This document shows positions 29,472 through 39,009 of a stretch of 64,000 bases of DNA, piece after piece. Origin of the DNA: an uncultured delta proteobacterium (GTDB lineage: Bacteria; Desulfobacterota; Desulfobulbia; Desulfobulbales; Desulfurivibrionaceae); contig CAIPYE010000005.1 of assembly GCA_903869265.1 (NCBI GenBank), positions 97,292 through 161,291 of the forward strand, in the 5' to 3' direction. The position numbers and the translations under genes were made by a program. Every line of letters begins with the position of its first letter. The stretch's first letter is position 1. Under the pieces are notes generated by a model. It was not told where the DNA came from. It did not search any database and saw only the letters and a program-made list of their open reading frames with translations.

Positions 29472-30776
29472 CTAAGACCGTTCGGCAAGGGGCACAAAGG
29501 GCCGCCGCTTAGGGCCGACATAGATCTGCCTGGGTCGGCTGATCCGCCAGTCGGGATCGTCCCACATCTCCTTCCAGTGAGCGATCCAACCTGGCAGACG
29601 GCCCAGGGCGAACATCACTGTGAACATGTTGGTGGGGATACCTATGGCCCGGTAGATGATGCCGCTGTAAAAATCCACGTTGGGGTAGAGGTTCCGCTCC
29701 ACAAAATACTCGTCCCGCAAGGCCACCTCTTCCAGTTCCTTGGCGATGTCCAACAGAGGATCGGAGATATTCAAGGCAGCCAGCACATCATCGCAGGCCT
29801 TCTTGATGATCCGCGACCGTGGGTCGTGGGTCTTGTAAACCCGGTGTCCGAAACCGACCAGACGGAAGGGATCCGCCGGATCCTTGGCCTTGGCGATATA
29901 TTTTTTATAATCCCCGCCTTCCGCATGAATCTGGGAGAGCATCTCCATCACCGCCTGGTTGGCCCCGCCATGGAGCGGCCCCCACAACGCATTGATTCCG
30001 GCGGAGATCGAAGCGTAGAGATTCACCCGGGCGCTGCCTGCCACCCGCACCGTGGCGGTGGAACAGTTCTGTTCATGGTCGCCATGGAGGATCAACAGCT
30101 TGTTCAGAGCCCGGACCACCGTATCATTGATCTCATACGGCTTAACCGGCGAATCAAACATCATGTTCAAAAAGTTGGCACAGTAACTCAGGTCGTGCCG
30201 CGGATAGACCAGGGGCTGGCCCATGGATTTCTTGTAGGAAAAAGCGGCAATGGTCCGCACTTTGGAAAGCAGGCGGGCCGCCATCTTGTCGACATTTTCC
30301 AGGGGATTGTCCAGCATGTCCGGGTAAAAGCTGCACAGGGAGTTGACCATGGAGGAAAGGATGGCCATGGGAGGGCTGTTGGGCGGATAGCCGTCGAAGA
30401 AGCGAATCATGTCCTCGTGGACCATGGCATACTTGCCGAGCAGATGGCTGAATTTGCTCAGTTCCGTCTGGGTGGGCAGGCTACCGTGATCCAGAAGATA
30501 GGCGACCTCGACAAAGGTGCAGTGCTCCGCAAGCTCCTCGATGCCATACCCGCGATAGCTGAGAATCCCCTGTTCCCCATCGAGAAAGGTGATACTGCTG
30601 CAACAGGAGCCTGTGTTCATGAAGCCGCTGTCCAGGGTGATGTAGCCGGACTGGGCGCGCAAGGCCCGGATGTCGACGGCCTTCTCCCCCTCGCTGCCGA
30701 CAATGATCGGCAGTTTGTAGACCTTGCCGTCAAGCTTCAACTCTGCTGTTTCTTGACCAACAATTACCTTTCCCAT
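29472..30776 (-). CDS. gltA: Citrate (Si)-synthase
   Basis: GFGHRVYKTHDPR, HGGANQ, and 434 aa. Confidence 0.93.
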   Translation of the reverse strand: MGKVIVGQETAELKLDGKVYKLPIIVGSEGEKAVDIRALRAQSGYITLDSGFMNTGSCCSSITFLDGEQGILSYRGYGIEELAEHCTFVEVAYLLDHGSLPTQTELSKFSHLLGKYAMVHEDMIRFFDGYPPNSPPMAILSSMVNSLCSFYPDMLDNPLENVDKMAARLLSKVRTIAAFSYKKSMGQPLVYPRHDLSYCANFLNMMFDSPVKPYEINDTVVRALNKLLILHGDHEQNCSTATVRVAGSARVNLYASISAGINALWGPLHGGANQAVMEMLSQIHAEGGDYKKYIAKAKDPADPFRLVGFGHRVYKTHDPRSRIIKKACDDVLAALNISDPLLDIAKELEEVALRDEYFVERNLYPNVDFYSGIIYRAIGIPTNMFTVMFALGRLPGWIAHWKEMWDDPDWRISRPRQIYVGPKRRPFVPLAERS

Positions 30777-30932
30777 AAGTGCCCTTCGCCGTTGCCCCGC
30801 GCCTGTAACGGCGGCTTGCCTGTGTTTTTTAAAAACCGTAATGAAAGATCATCTCAAATCGTTTAATATACTTGGATACCTTTTTTTTTCAACAAGATAA
30901 GAAACTGGGATGCGCCGCCCGCAAGGAGAGCC

Positions 30933-31616
30933 GTGGCAATGCAGGAAAAAACCGATTTGTACCAACAACGGCTCAGAAAATTTATCGAAGAGGTCACCCT
31001 GTATCCGGTCTCCTGTGAACGGCTGGCCATGGGACGGGACGACATTGCCTGGCTGGACGGGGTGCTGGCCGGGGGAGCAAAAATCGTCCAGCTGCGAGAC
31101 AAGGAATCCGATGGCCTGCGCCTCTGTGAAAAGGCCAAAATCTTCCGCCAGAAAACCCTGGAGGCCGGGGCTCTGTTCATCGTCAATGACCGGGTGGATA
31201 TCGCGCTTATCAGCGGCGCCGACGGGGTCCACCTCGGCAACAGCGACCTCCCGGCGCCAGAGGTCCGCGCCCTGGCCCCGGACCTCATCATCGGCGTCTC
31301 CTGCAACAGCGAAGAACAGGCCGCCAGCGCAGAGAGACGCGGGGCCTCTTACTTCAACATCGGGCCGCTCTACACCACCCAGACCAAGGACGGCCTCTCC
31401 ACCTTTCTCGGGCCTGGGGCCATTCCACGATTCAGCGCCCTGAGCCCCCTGCCCTTCACGGTCATGGGCGGCATCAAAAAAGAACATATCCCGGAGCTGA
31501 CCGCCATGGGCGCCAGGCGGTTGGCCGTGGTCACGGCCCTGACCTGCGCCGACGATATCGCCGCGGAAACCAGGGCCTGGCTGGCCGCGATCAAACAACA
31601 GACAACGCTTGCCTGA
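30933..31616 (+). CDS. thiE: Thiamine-phosphate synthase
   Basis: IVQLRDKE, NDRVDIALISGADGVHLG, and MGGI. AAGGAGAG SD. Confidence 0.88.
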   Translation: MAMQEKTDLYQQRLRKFIEEVTLYPVSCERLAMGRDDIAWLDGVLAGGAKIVQLRDKESDGLRLCEKAKIFRQKTLEAGALFIVNDRVDIALISGADGVHLGNSDLPAPEVRALAPDLIIGVSCNSEEQAASAERRGASYFNIGPLYTTQTKDGLSTFLGPGAIPRFSALSPLPFTVMGGIKKEHIPELTAMGARRLAVVTALTCADDIAAETRAWLAAIKQQTTLA

Positions 31617-31650
31617 AACAAGAACAAGCATTTCGAAAAAAGGAAGAACC

Positions 31651-32319
31651 GTGCCCACTCTCGACCAACGACTCGCCGACATCAAGCTGCTCGTGCAATA
31701 TGGTGTGCCCCCGACTGATCTGGCCACGGCCACTGCCCTGGTGGAAAAACACTCCACGGACAACGTGGCCCTGAACATCTTTCACGCCTTTTACAGCTAT
31801 CTGCCCGAAGGCATTGAAGACGCCATCACCGTCCTCCGCTTGCTGAACCGCAGACAAGGAACCTTCCTGATCTGCGCCACCACCGCCCAATCCGACTATC
31901 TTTACCTGGCCACCAGCGAACAGGCCGAATTCCTGGGCCCCCTTGCGGAGGGCATCTGGGAGGAGGAGGTGTTGGCCTTTTTCAACCTTGAGAGCCGCGA
32001 AGCCTTTCTCAAAAAGTATGCGGACCTGACAAATTTCCCAGTTTATGTGCCAGCCCATCTCCACCACGATCTCTGCCCATTCTGTCATGTGGCGGACGGC
32101 GAGGTCCACATCCTGGGCTGCCCTGTGGAAATCTGCCCCTGGTGCCAAGGGCAGCTCACCTCCTGCGGTTGCCGCTTCACCCTGCTGGGCAAATCGGACC
32201 TAAAAAGCGAAACCCAGCTTGAAGAGCTGCTCACCCTACTCAACAAGAAGGGAAGGATCCCCTTCTCTGCCGAGGAACACCGGCCCGCCTACCCCATCAC
32301 TCCGCTCGACCTGGAATAG
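31651..32319 (+). CDS. Hypothetical protein with a C-terminal Cys-cluster
   Basis: CPFCHVADGEVHILGCPVEICPWCQGQLTSCGC. Start uncertain: GTG 31651 after AAGGAAG, or ATG 31609 overlapping the thiE stop. Confidence 0.5.
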   Translation: MPTLDQRLADIKLLVQYGVPPTDLATATALVEKHSTDNVALNIFHAFYSYLPEGIEDAITVLRLLNRRQGTFLICATTAQSDYLYLATSEQAEFLGPLAEGIWEEEVLAFFNLESREAFLKKYADLTNFPVYVPAHLHHDLCPFCHVADGEVHILGCPVEICPWCQGQLTSCGCRFTLLGKSDLKSETQLEELLTLLNKKGRIPFSAEEHRPAYPITPLDLE

Positions 32320-32449
32320 CCGGTTACTTGTAACTATTCAGCGGTGCCGCAGATGCGCGGAAGAGGCCTGCGAAGTGGCTATTGCACAGGAGTAGGCCGA
32401 GACAGCAGCGTAGCGGCGAAGCAGATGCGGTGCTGCTGGGCAATTACGG

Positions 32450-33376
32450 TTATTTGAGGATTTTCAGGTACCGGTAAAACGGCGAGTCCGGAGAAATCAC
32501 CAGCCGGGTGTTTTGCCCCATGGTGAGCCGGTAAGCATCCATACTCTTCGAAAAGGCGTAGAACTCGGGGTCCTGATTATAGGCATCCGCATAAATCTTG
32601 GAGGCTTCGCCGTCTGCCTTGCCTTTGATCTTCTGGGTCTCACGGACAGCCAGGGAACTGACCTCCCGCAACTCCCGCTCAAGCTTACCGAGAATCTCCG
32701 ATTTCAGTCCCTCGCCGGTGGAGCGCTTTTCCGCCGCGATCCGTTTTCGCTCCGAAATCATCCGCTCATACACGCGCTGCTGGACCGTGTCGATATAGTT
32801 GACCCGCTTGAACATCACATCCACCAGCTCGATTCCATACTTGGGCGTGACTTTGGAGGCGTTGGCGTGGATCAGGGCCGTAATCTTATCCCGACCATAG
32901 TGGATCTGATCTTCTTTGCCCGCAGGCCCAAACCCCATGGCTTCCGGATTCCAATCCGAACTGCGGATAATTTCAACCAGGTCATTCTTGTTGACCAAAT
33001 CCCGGACCGTGCCATCGATAATATCATCGAGAATGGTCTGGGCCCGTTGCTCGTTGTTGACCGCCTGCAAGAAAACCAGGGCATCGGAGATGCGCCAGCG
33101 GGCAGTGACATCAAGGTAGACAAAGGTCTTGTCATTGGTTGGAACCTGATTGGGATCCCCGTCCCAGATGAGAATCCTCTTGTCGAAAAAAGTCACATCC
33201 TGGATAAAGGGAACCTTGAATTGCAAACCAGCCTCGGTGATGGGCTTGCCCACCGGACGGCCGAACTGGGTGATCACCACCTGCTGGCCCTCGGGCAGAA
33301 TAAAAAACGCATTGAACAGCGCCACTCCCGCCGCAATCACCACCGCTATCCCAACACCACGAAGTATCTTATTCAC
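32450..33376 (-). CDS. hflC: Protease modulator HflC (SPFH/band-7)
   Basis: N-terminal TM followed by an SPFH domain, located immediately downstream of hflK. Confidence 0.85.
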   Translation of the reverse strand: MNKILRGVGIAVVIAAGVALFNAFFILPEGQQVVITQFGRPVGKPITEAGLQFKVPFIQDVTFFDKRILIWDGDPNQVPTNDKTFVYLDVTARWRISDALVFLQAVNNEQRAQTILDDIIDGTVRDLVNKNDLVEIIRSSDWNPEAMGFGPAGKEDQIHYGRDKITALIHANASKVTPKYGIELVDVMFKRVNYIDTVQQRVYERMISERKRIAAEKRSTGEGLKSEILGKLERELREVSSLAVRETQKIKGKADGEASKIYADAYNQDPEFYAFSKSMDAYRLTMGQNTRLVISPDSPFYRYLKILK

Positions 33377-33455
33377 TGGCTTCCCCTATCTTTTTTCTTG
33401 GCCTGTGCTGCTTCGGCCCATAGTGATTCCTGAACGAAAATAACCGGTTTTTTTA

Positions 33456-34550
33456 TTAAGGCGCCTTTGGAGTCCCCTTGGACTCCCCCCTCACATCGAG
33501 AAACGGAAGGAGCCCTCCCTTGTTTCCGTCAATCACATAGATCTCGGAAACTTTTGGGAGAACCTCCTGCATGGTTTCCAGATACATCCGCCTGCGGGTG
33601 ACATCCGGGCCCCCCTTGTACTCCTTGAGGATGGCCAGAAAACGGGAGGCCTCGCCCTGGGCCAGATTCACCCGCTCCACCGCGTAGCCTTGCGCCTCTT
33701 CCAACATTTTTTTCGCATCGCCCCGTGCCTTGGGCACCTCCCGGTTATATGCTTCCTCGGCCTCGTTCACCAGCCGCTTCATATCCTGATCCGCCTCGTT
33801 GACTTCATTGAAGGCAGGCTTCACCTTTTCCGGAGGATTCACATCCTGCAGCTGGACGGTGACGATCTTGACCCCGGCCTGGTATCGGTCCAGAGAGGCC
33901 TGGACCTCTCGCTGGGTGGCCGCCGCCAGCATTTCCCGGTTGCTGAGCACATAGTCAAAAGTCATATTGCCGACGATGCGACGCAGGGCAACCTCGGAAC
34001 TATCCCGAACCGCCTGCTTGACATCCTTGACCCTGAAGGCAAAAAGAATGGGATCCTGCACCTTGTACTGGATGATCCACTCCAGATCGATGACATTGCG
34101 GTCGCTGGTGAGCATGAGCGACTCGGCGTCAAAGCCTGTCTTCTGATACTCGGTGCGCTGCCCCGGAACCTTCGTTCGGAAGCCGAACTCTTCCTTGCGA
34201 ACGTTTTCCACATCGACTTTGATGACCTCGTCCACGAGCGGCAGCTTGAAATTCAGGCCCGAAGAGGTGGCTTTGACATATTTGCCAAAACGCAGCACCA
34301 CACCCTTTTCCCCAGGAGCAATGGTGTAAAAGGCTGAATACACGATATTAATCAGCAAAAAAATGCCGATGATCACGCCGAGCCTGCCGAGGCCGCCAAA
34401 AATTCCCGGCCCGGATCCACCCTGCTTCCCACCGCCGCTTCCGCCGTCAAAGAACTCCTTGAGTTTGTTGAGCAAAAGGGCGATTAGCTCTTCCGGGGTT
34501 TGCGGGCCTTTCTTCTTGCCCCAAGGGGATTGCTGATCGTCAAAGGCCAT
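33456..34550 (-). CDS. hflK: Protease modulator HflK (SPFH/band-7)
   Basis: N-terminus MAFDDQQSPWGKKKGP...GGSGGG, then a TM and an SPFH domain. Start at ATG 34550. Confidence 0.85.
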   Translation of the reverse strand: MAFDDQQSPWGKKKGPQTPEELIALLLNKLKEFFDGGSGGGKQGGSGPGIFGGLGRLGVIIGIFLLINIVYSAFYTIAPGEKGVVLRFGKYVKATSSGLNFKLPLVDEVIKVDVENVRKEEFGFRTKVPGQRTEYQKTGFDAESLMLTSDRNVIDLEWIIQYKVQDPILFAFRVKDVKQAVRDSSEVALRRIVGNMTFDYVLSNREMLAAATQREVQASLDRYQAGVKIVTVQLQDVNPPEKVKPAFNEVNEADQDMKRLVNEAEEAYNREVPKARGDAKKMLEEAQGYAVERVNLAQGEASRFLAILKEYKGGPDVTRRRMYLETMQEVLPKVSEIYVIDGNKGGLLPFLDVRGESKGTPKAP

Positions 34551-34798
34551 GGACTCGACTCCTTTTTTGAAAAAATTCTTATCAGGTTTCCGTGCAGCAT
34601 GGGCAACATCCACCCCATGTCTAACCTGCCCCATGACCCTACCAGCCTTCCCGGTGTGGTTCAAGGGTGAAGTGCAAATTATCTGTCTATCTTATTGTTT
34701 TAAATAGAGAATACATACATTTTGCATTGCGCGGCCCAGCATTTTCTTGATCGACTCTTCAGGCACCGGGTTTCCCTGTGCCGACAATGAGGCATCCT

Positions 34799-35731
34799 TC
34801 ATAGAAGATACAGGGCGTACACCCAGCAGCCAAACACCATGGCCAGGGTACCAAGGAAGAGAACCCATTGCCCGACCGGAGGCAGAATCCGCTTCCCGGC
34901 AAGGCCCAGCGCGGCAAGGGTCATCCCGACCAGCAGGCCAATACCGACCCCCCAGAAATGCGCGCCCAGGTCGGTTCTCTCGCCGGAAGAACCCATGAGC
35001 GCCAGCAGGCTTGCCGCGCTGCCCAGGGCAAGCACCACCTCCTGCCAACCGCCGATCCGGCGCAGACGCATACCGCTCAAGATGCCGACCATGCCGAAAA
35101 CCGCAGTGGAAAAGCCGATGGACTGATAGAGATCATCGTGGAAGAACACATTGACGGCATTGGCAAGAACCCCGGTGAGCAACACCGAAAACCAGGCAAT
35201 ACCGCTACCGAGATGCCGACAGAGAGAATAGACCAGCAGACCGCCGAAGAAAACATTACCAAGAAGGTGCGCGCTGTCCGCATGCAGGGTGAGGGCGGTA
35301 ATCAGCCGCCACCACTGCCCGTCGTTCATCACCCGAACCCTGTCGAGGGAGCCGCTGGCAAACCAATGGCTGTGGCTCTCCCAGCCGCCGGTAATGGCAT
35401 AAAAAACAACCAGGCCACCGATAACCGGCAGCACGGGCGGAGAGTTCTCGACAATACCATCCCGCTCGGATCGTATTGCCCGTTCCGGCGGCCAGTTACG
35501 ATTTCCTTCGCTGAAAAGCCGCAGCTCTTCCGTGGCGCGGGAAATATCTTCTTCTGAAACCAGAAGCTCCCAGCCTGCTTGGCCATGGCGCAGACCATGA
35601 TCGATATCCGCGGCATGTAAGACCAGGGACCAAAGATGAGCCACATCGGTCTCTGGAGTCAGCCCGACAGATACCAATCCCAAGTGGTTGCCATGGTCAT
35701 GGGCAGGCGACTCCCCGGACTGCGCGTCCAT
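34799..35731 (-). CDS. Rhomboid-family intramembrane serine protease with an N-terminal cytoplasmic extension of about 100 aa
   Basis: WRLITALTLHADSAHLLGN and GFSTAVFGMVG (GxSxxxFG). The start lies 3 nt after the motB stop. Confidence 0.8.
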   Translation of the reverse strand: MDAQSGESPAHDHGNHLGLVSVGLTPETDVAHLWSLVLHAADIDHGLRHGQAGWELLVSEEDISRATEELRLFSEGNRNWPPERAIRSERDGIVENSPPVLPVIGGLVVFYAITGGWESHSHWFASGSLDRVRVMNDGQWWRLITALTLHADSAHLLGNVFFGGLLVYSLCRHLGSGIAWFSVLLTGVLANAVNVFFHDDLYQSIGFSTAVFGMVGILSGMRLRRIGGWQEVVLALGSAASLLALMGSSGERTDLGAHFWGVGIGLLVGMTLAALGLAGKRILPPVGQWVLFLGTLAMVFGCWVYALYLL

Positions 35732-35734
35732 CCG

Positions 35735-36529
35735 CTATTCCCCGCCGAATTTCAGCGCCTCACCCTGGACCCCCTTGCGGGAGAGCATGACAATATCGAC
35801 CCGCCGATTGAGCTTGCGGCCTTCTTCGGTGGCGTTGTCCGCAATGGGTCGGTATTCACCATACCCGGTTACGGACAGCTTGGAGCCCTTGAAACCGTGT
35901 TTTTCCATGAGATAGTGGACGATACTGCTGGCCCTTGCCGTGGACAGCTCCCAGTTCGAGGGAAAAACGGCGGAGCTGATTGCCACATTATCCGTATGGC
36001 CTTCGATGCGGAAGGTATTGGGATAGCGGGAGATGGAGGTGGCGATCTTGTCCAGCAGGGGCAGGGCCTGCGTTTCCACCTTGGCCGAGCCGGAGGGGAA
36101 AAACCCCGCCTCCTTCAGGCTGATAACCAGGCCGCGTTCGTTGATGGTCAACTGCACCTCATTCTTTGCGCCGTATCCCTGAAGATTGTCCTGGACCTCT
36201 TTCTTGATCTGGCTGAATTCCTGGGCCTCGGCGGCGGCAGCGGCATCATCCTGGGCCGGAGACGGCACCGGCTGCTCCACCGCTTCCGGGATCAGGCCAA
36301 AATCCTTGTTGCCGATAACCTTGAGCGCCGGGGTTAAAGTCTGAGGTCCGGAGAAAGAGGATTGGATGGAGGCCTGCACCTCCTCCATTTTTTTCTGGTC
36401 CACAATGGACATGGCATAGAGCATTACAAAGACGGCAAACATCAGGGTGATGAAGTCCGCATAGGACACAAGCCACCGCTCCAGATTCGGTTCCTTCTCG
36501 TGGGCTTTTTTCCTTTTCGGTCTGTTCAT
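35735..36529 (-). CDS. motB: Flagellar stator protein MotB (OmpA-like C-terminal domain)
   Basis: WLVSYADFITLMFAVF plug/TM with the conserved Asp, and IEGHTDN...SNWELSTARA. Overlaps motA by 4 nt. Confidence 0.88.
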   Translation of the reverse strand: MNRPKRKKAHEKEPNLERWLVSYADFITLMFAVFVMLYAMSIVDQKKMEEVQASIQSSFSGPQTLTPALKVIGNKDFGLIPEAVEQPVPSPAQDDAAAAAEAQEFSQIKKEVQDNLQGYGAKNEVQLTINERGLVISLKEAGFFPSGSAKVETQALPLLDKIATSISRYPNTFRIEGHTDNVAISSAVFPSNWELSTARASSIVHYLMEKHGFKGSKLSVTGYGEYRPIADNATEEGRKLNRRVDIVMLSRKGVQGEALKFGGE

Positions 36530-37308
36530 GAGCTGCCAGCGCCTCTGCTGTAAATCAAAACCCCGCTGGTCAGGGTGAAGCCCCGCAACCGTTTTTCGAT
36601 CATTCTGGGGTTTTCGCCCTTCTGGATGGCGAGAAGGCCCTCGATCACTATTTCCCGCTGGAGGATCTGCTCCTTCAATCTTTTCTTGAGCTTGGTGCTG
36701 ATGGGGATGCAGATAATGTTTGCGGTCATCAGACCATAGATCGTGGCCACGAAGGCCACGGCGATTCCCGCGCCAAGCTTGGAGGTGTCGGAGAGGTTGT
36801 TCATTACATGGATCAACCCCATAACCGCGCCGATAATGCCGATGGTCGGGGCAAAGCCGCCGGCAGCCTCAAACACCTCGGCGCTGACCTTGTGGCGTTC
36901 CTCGAAATTGGTGAGTTCGATCTGCAGGACCGCCATGACCTCGTCGGGGTCCATGCCGTCCACCACCATTTCCAGTCCCTGGCCCAGAAAACGATCCTTG
37001 ACCCGCTGCGCATCCTGCTCCAGGGTTATCAGGCCGTTTTTTCTGGCGGTGCTGGCAAAACCGACCAACTTGCCGATCAGATCCTCCGGGTCTTCCTCTT
37101 GGGGAAAAAAGGCCGTGGCCGCACTGCTGAAGGCCCGAAAAAGGTCCTGGAGGGGAAAGGAGACAAAGGTTGCGCCAAACGTCCCCCCCAAAACAATAAT
37201 CGCCGCGGTGGGCTGAAGAAGGGCATCAATGTGGCCGCCTTCAAGAAGCTGGCCGCCAATCACGGCCCCGAAGCCCATAAACAGGCCGATAAGGGTAGCT
37301 ATATCCAT
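36526..37308 (-). CDS. motA: Flagellar stator protein MotA/PomA
   Basis: 260 aa, MotA/ExbB-type 4-TM protein, directly upstream of motB. Confidence 0.88.
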   Translation of the reverse strand: MDIATLIGLFMGFGAVIGGQLLEGGHIDALLQPTAAIIVLGGTFGATFVSFPLQDLFRAFSSAATAFFPQEEDPEDLIGKLVGFASTARKNGLITLEQDAQRVKDRFLGQGLEMVVDGMDPDEVMAVLQIELTNFEERHKVSAEVFEAAGGFAPTIGIIGAVMGLIHVMNNLSDTSKLGAGIAVAFVATIYGLMTANIICIPISTKLKKRLKEQILQREIVIEGLLAIQKGENPRMIEKRLRGFTLTSGVLIYSRGAGSS

Positions 37309-37351
37309 ATGCTGTACGACTCCGTTGAGTTATCCAGAGTGAAATTGCCGT

Positions 37352-37382
37352 ATTATAGCACGGTTCCCCCATCCCAGGTCAA
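37352..37382 (-). promoter_or_regulatory. Candidate sigma-70 promoter with extended -10 upstream of motA
   Basis: The minus strand reads TTGACC-N19-TGcTATAAT, about 45 nt upstream of the motA ATG. Confidence 0.4.
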
Positions 37383-37462
37383 CAAAAAGAGAGGCAGACG
37401 GTGCAGAGACCAAAATACCAGACGATGTTGACATCCAGACGTGCCGAACCGTTGCGCACGGC

Positions 37463-37491
37463 AAAAAAAAAGGCCATGCCGAAGCATGACC
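37463..37491 (-). terminator. Rho-independent terminator after tRNA-Leu
   Basis: The minus strand reads GGTCATGC-TTCG-GCATGGCC followed by T9. Confidence 0.75.
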
Positions 37492-37521
37492 AGATTTTTT
37501 TCCGCTAAAACATTTTCAAGA

Positions 37522-37608
37522 TGGTGCCGAAGAGAAGACTCGAACTTCCACGAGGAAACCCCCACTAGGCCCTGAACCTAGCGCGTCTACCAATTCCGCC
37601 ACTTCGGC
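37522..37608 (-). tRNA. tRNA-Leu (anticodon CAG), with encoded CCA
   Basis: The reverse complement reads GCCGAAGTGGCGGAATTGGTAGACGCGCTAGGTTCAGGGCCTAG...GGAAGTTCGAGTCTTCTCTTCGGCACCA. It has a long variable arm, anticodon loop TTCAGGG, and is close to E. coli tRNA-Leu(CAG) in the D-arm. Confidence 0.93.
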
Positions 37609-37866
37609 ACATCAGTGAGAGGCGATATTAATTTTTTCGGGTGGTGTTTGTCAAGACAATTTAGGAGCCGCTAGGAAATAATCATTTCCGTTATGGCTTT
37701 TCATGCCGTTCTCTCCATTAACCTGGATGTTTATTTCCTTTTTACTAGTCCTCTTTTGAGCCAACGGCGAACCGGGGTCTTTGCAAAAAAACTCTCCGGG
37801 GGGCGGCTTGACCTTTTCAGGGTTGTCGCCTATTGTGTGGGCACACACAATCAGGACGCCCATCAC

Positions 37867-38841
37867 ATGGATATATACACGAACATCAACGACATACCAG
37901 GACCTTTCCCCAAGGCGGCAGTCACCATCGGAAACTTTGACGGCGTCCATCTGGGCCATCAGATTCTGTTTTCCGAGGTGGTGAGCCGCGCCTATAGGAA
38001 CAAAGGCGCCAGTGTGGCCGTCACCTTTGAACCGCATCCGCTCAAGGTGGTCCGGCCCGACATCGGCCTCAAGCTCATTTCCACCCTAGAACAGAAAAAA
38101 GAACTCATCGCCCTGGCCAATATCGACGCACTGATCATCCTCCCCTTTACCCGGGAATTTGCCAACACCCCGGCTGAGACCTTTGTGGATGAGGTCTTGC
38201 GCAAGGGGATCGGCGTCCAGGATCTGGTGGTGGGGTACGACTACGCCTTTGGCAAGAGCCGCCAGGGCGACATCCCCTTTCTGCAAGAACAGGGCAAGAC
38301 CAAAGGATTCACGGTCTCGGTGGTGGAACCATATTATGTAGAGGGAATGCTGGCCAGCAGCACCAAAATCCGGGAGCTGGTGTCTGAGGGCAAAATGCGG
38401 GATGTCAAGAAACTGCTGGGCCGCTATTACCAAATCCGGGGCGAGGTCAAAATGGGCAAACAGCGCGGCGGCCCGCTGCTGGGCTTTCCCACCGCCAACC
38501 TCACCATTGCCGAGGAGGATCTCTGCCCGCACCTCGGAGTGTATGTCACCCAGGTGATCTACGACGGCAAATGCTACGGCGGCGTGCTCAACATCGGCTA
38601 CAACCCGACCTTCGAGGGGCAACATCTTTCCGCCGAAACCCACATCTTTGATTTCAACCAGGACATCTACGGCAAGCCGATCAAAATCAATCTGCTCCGT
38701 TTCCTGCGCGGAGAGAAAAAGTTTTCCGGACCGGAAGAATTGGCCGCCCAGATCAGCCAGGACGTGGCCGACGCCAAAGAGGTTCTCGCGGATGCCCAGA
38801 AGGAAATCAGGCTGTCCTGCGAAGAGAAATACAACCGCTAA
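37867..38841 (+). CDS. ribF: Bifunctional riboflavin kinase / FMN adenylyltransferase
   Basis: VTIGNFDGVHLGHQ, and C-terminal kinase GFPTANL...THIFDF. Start at ATG 37867. Confidence 0.92.
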   Translation: MDIYTNINDIPGPFPKAAVTIGNFDGVHLGHQILFSEVVSRAYRNKGASVAVTFEPHPLKVVRPDIGLKLISTLEQKKELIALANIDALIILPFTREFANTPAETFVDEVLRKGIGVQDLVVGYDYAFGKSRQGDIPFLQEQGKTKGFTVSVVEPYYVEGMLASSTKIRELVSEGKMRDVKKLLGRYYQIRGEVKMGKQRGGPLLGFPTANLTIAEEDLCPHLGVYVTQVIYDGKCYGGVLNIGYNPTFEGQHLSAETHIFDFNQDIYGKPIKINLLRFLRGEKKFSGPEELAAQISQDVADAKEVLADAQKEIRLSCEEKYNR

Positions 38842-38846
38842 GACAA

Positions 38847-38887
38847 AAGAAGGCCGGGAGCATTTGCCTCCGGCCTTCTTTTGTGTT
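38847..38887 (+). terminator. Rho-independent terminator after ribF, convergent with the MCP gene
   Basis: AAGAAGGCCGG, a loop, then CCGGCCTTCTT followed by TTGTGTT. Confidence 0.75.
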
Positions 38888-39009
38888 GAGTTCTTTTATT
38901 TCTTCTAAGCCGTTGCTAAAAAAATAACTTGACCATCTGGTGTAGCCAAAACGGCATAAGGCGCCGTAAGGGAACGGCCAGAATTGTACAAGTTATTCTG
39001 GAACGGCCC

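Noticed and set aside
30777-30932. A TPP riboswitch upstream of thiE.
   Set aside because: The conserved CUGAGA and ACCUGAUCUGGAUAAUGCCAGCG-type elements are absent, and the region is short and mostly a T-rich divergent promoter.
32320-32449. A 130-bp convergent intergenic region with repeated 7-9-mers (GCGGTGC, GCAGATGCG), possibly an sRNA or REP element.
   Set aside because: The repeats are direct, short and do not form a convincing hairpin or terminator. There is no second copy in the window. The evidence is insufficient.
37309-37866. tRNA-Leu as a possible integration hotspot for a genomic island.
   Set aside because: There is no integrase, no direct repeat of the tRNA 3' end, and no compositional break on either side. 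The flanking genes (motAB, ribF) are ordinary core genes.
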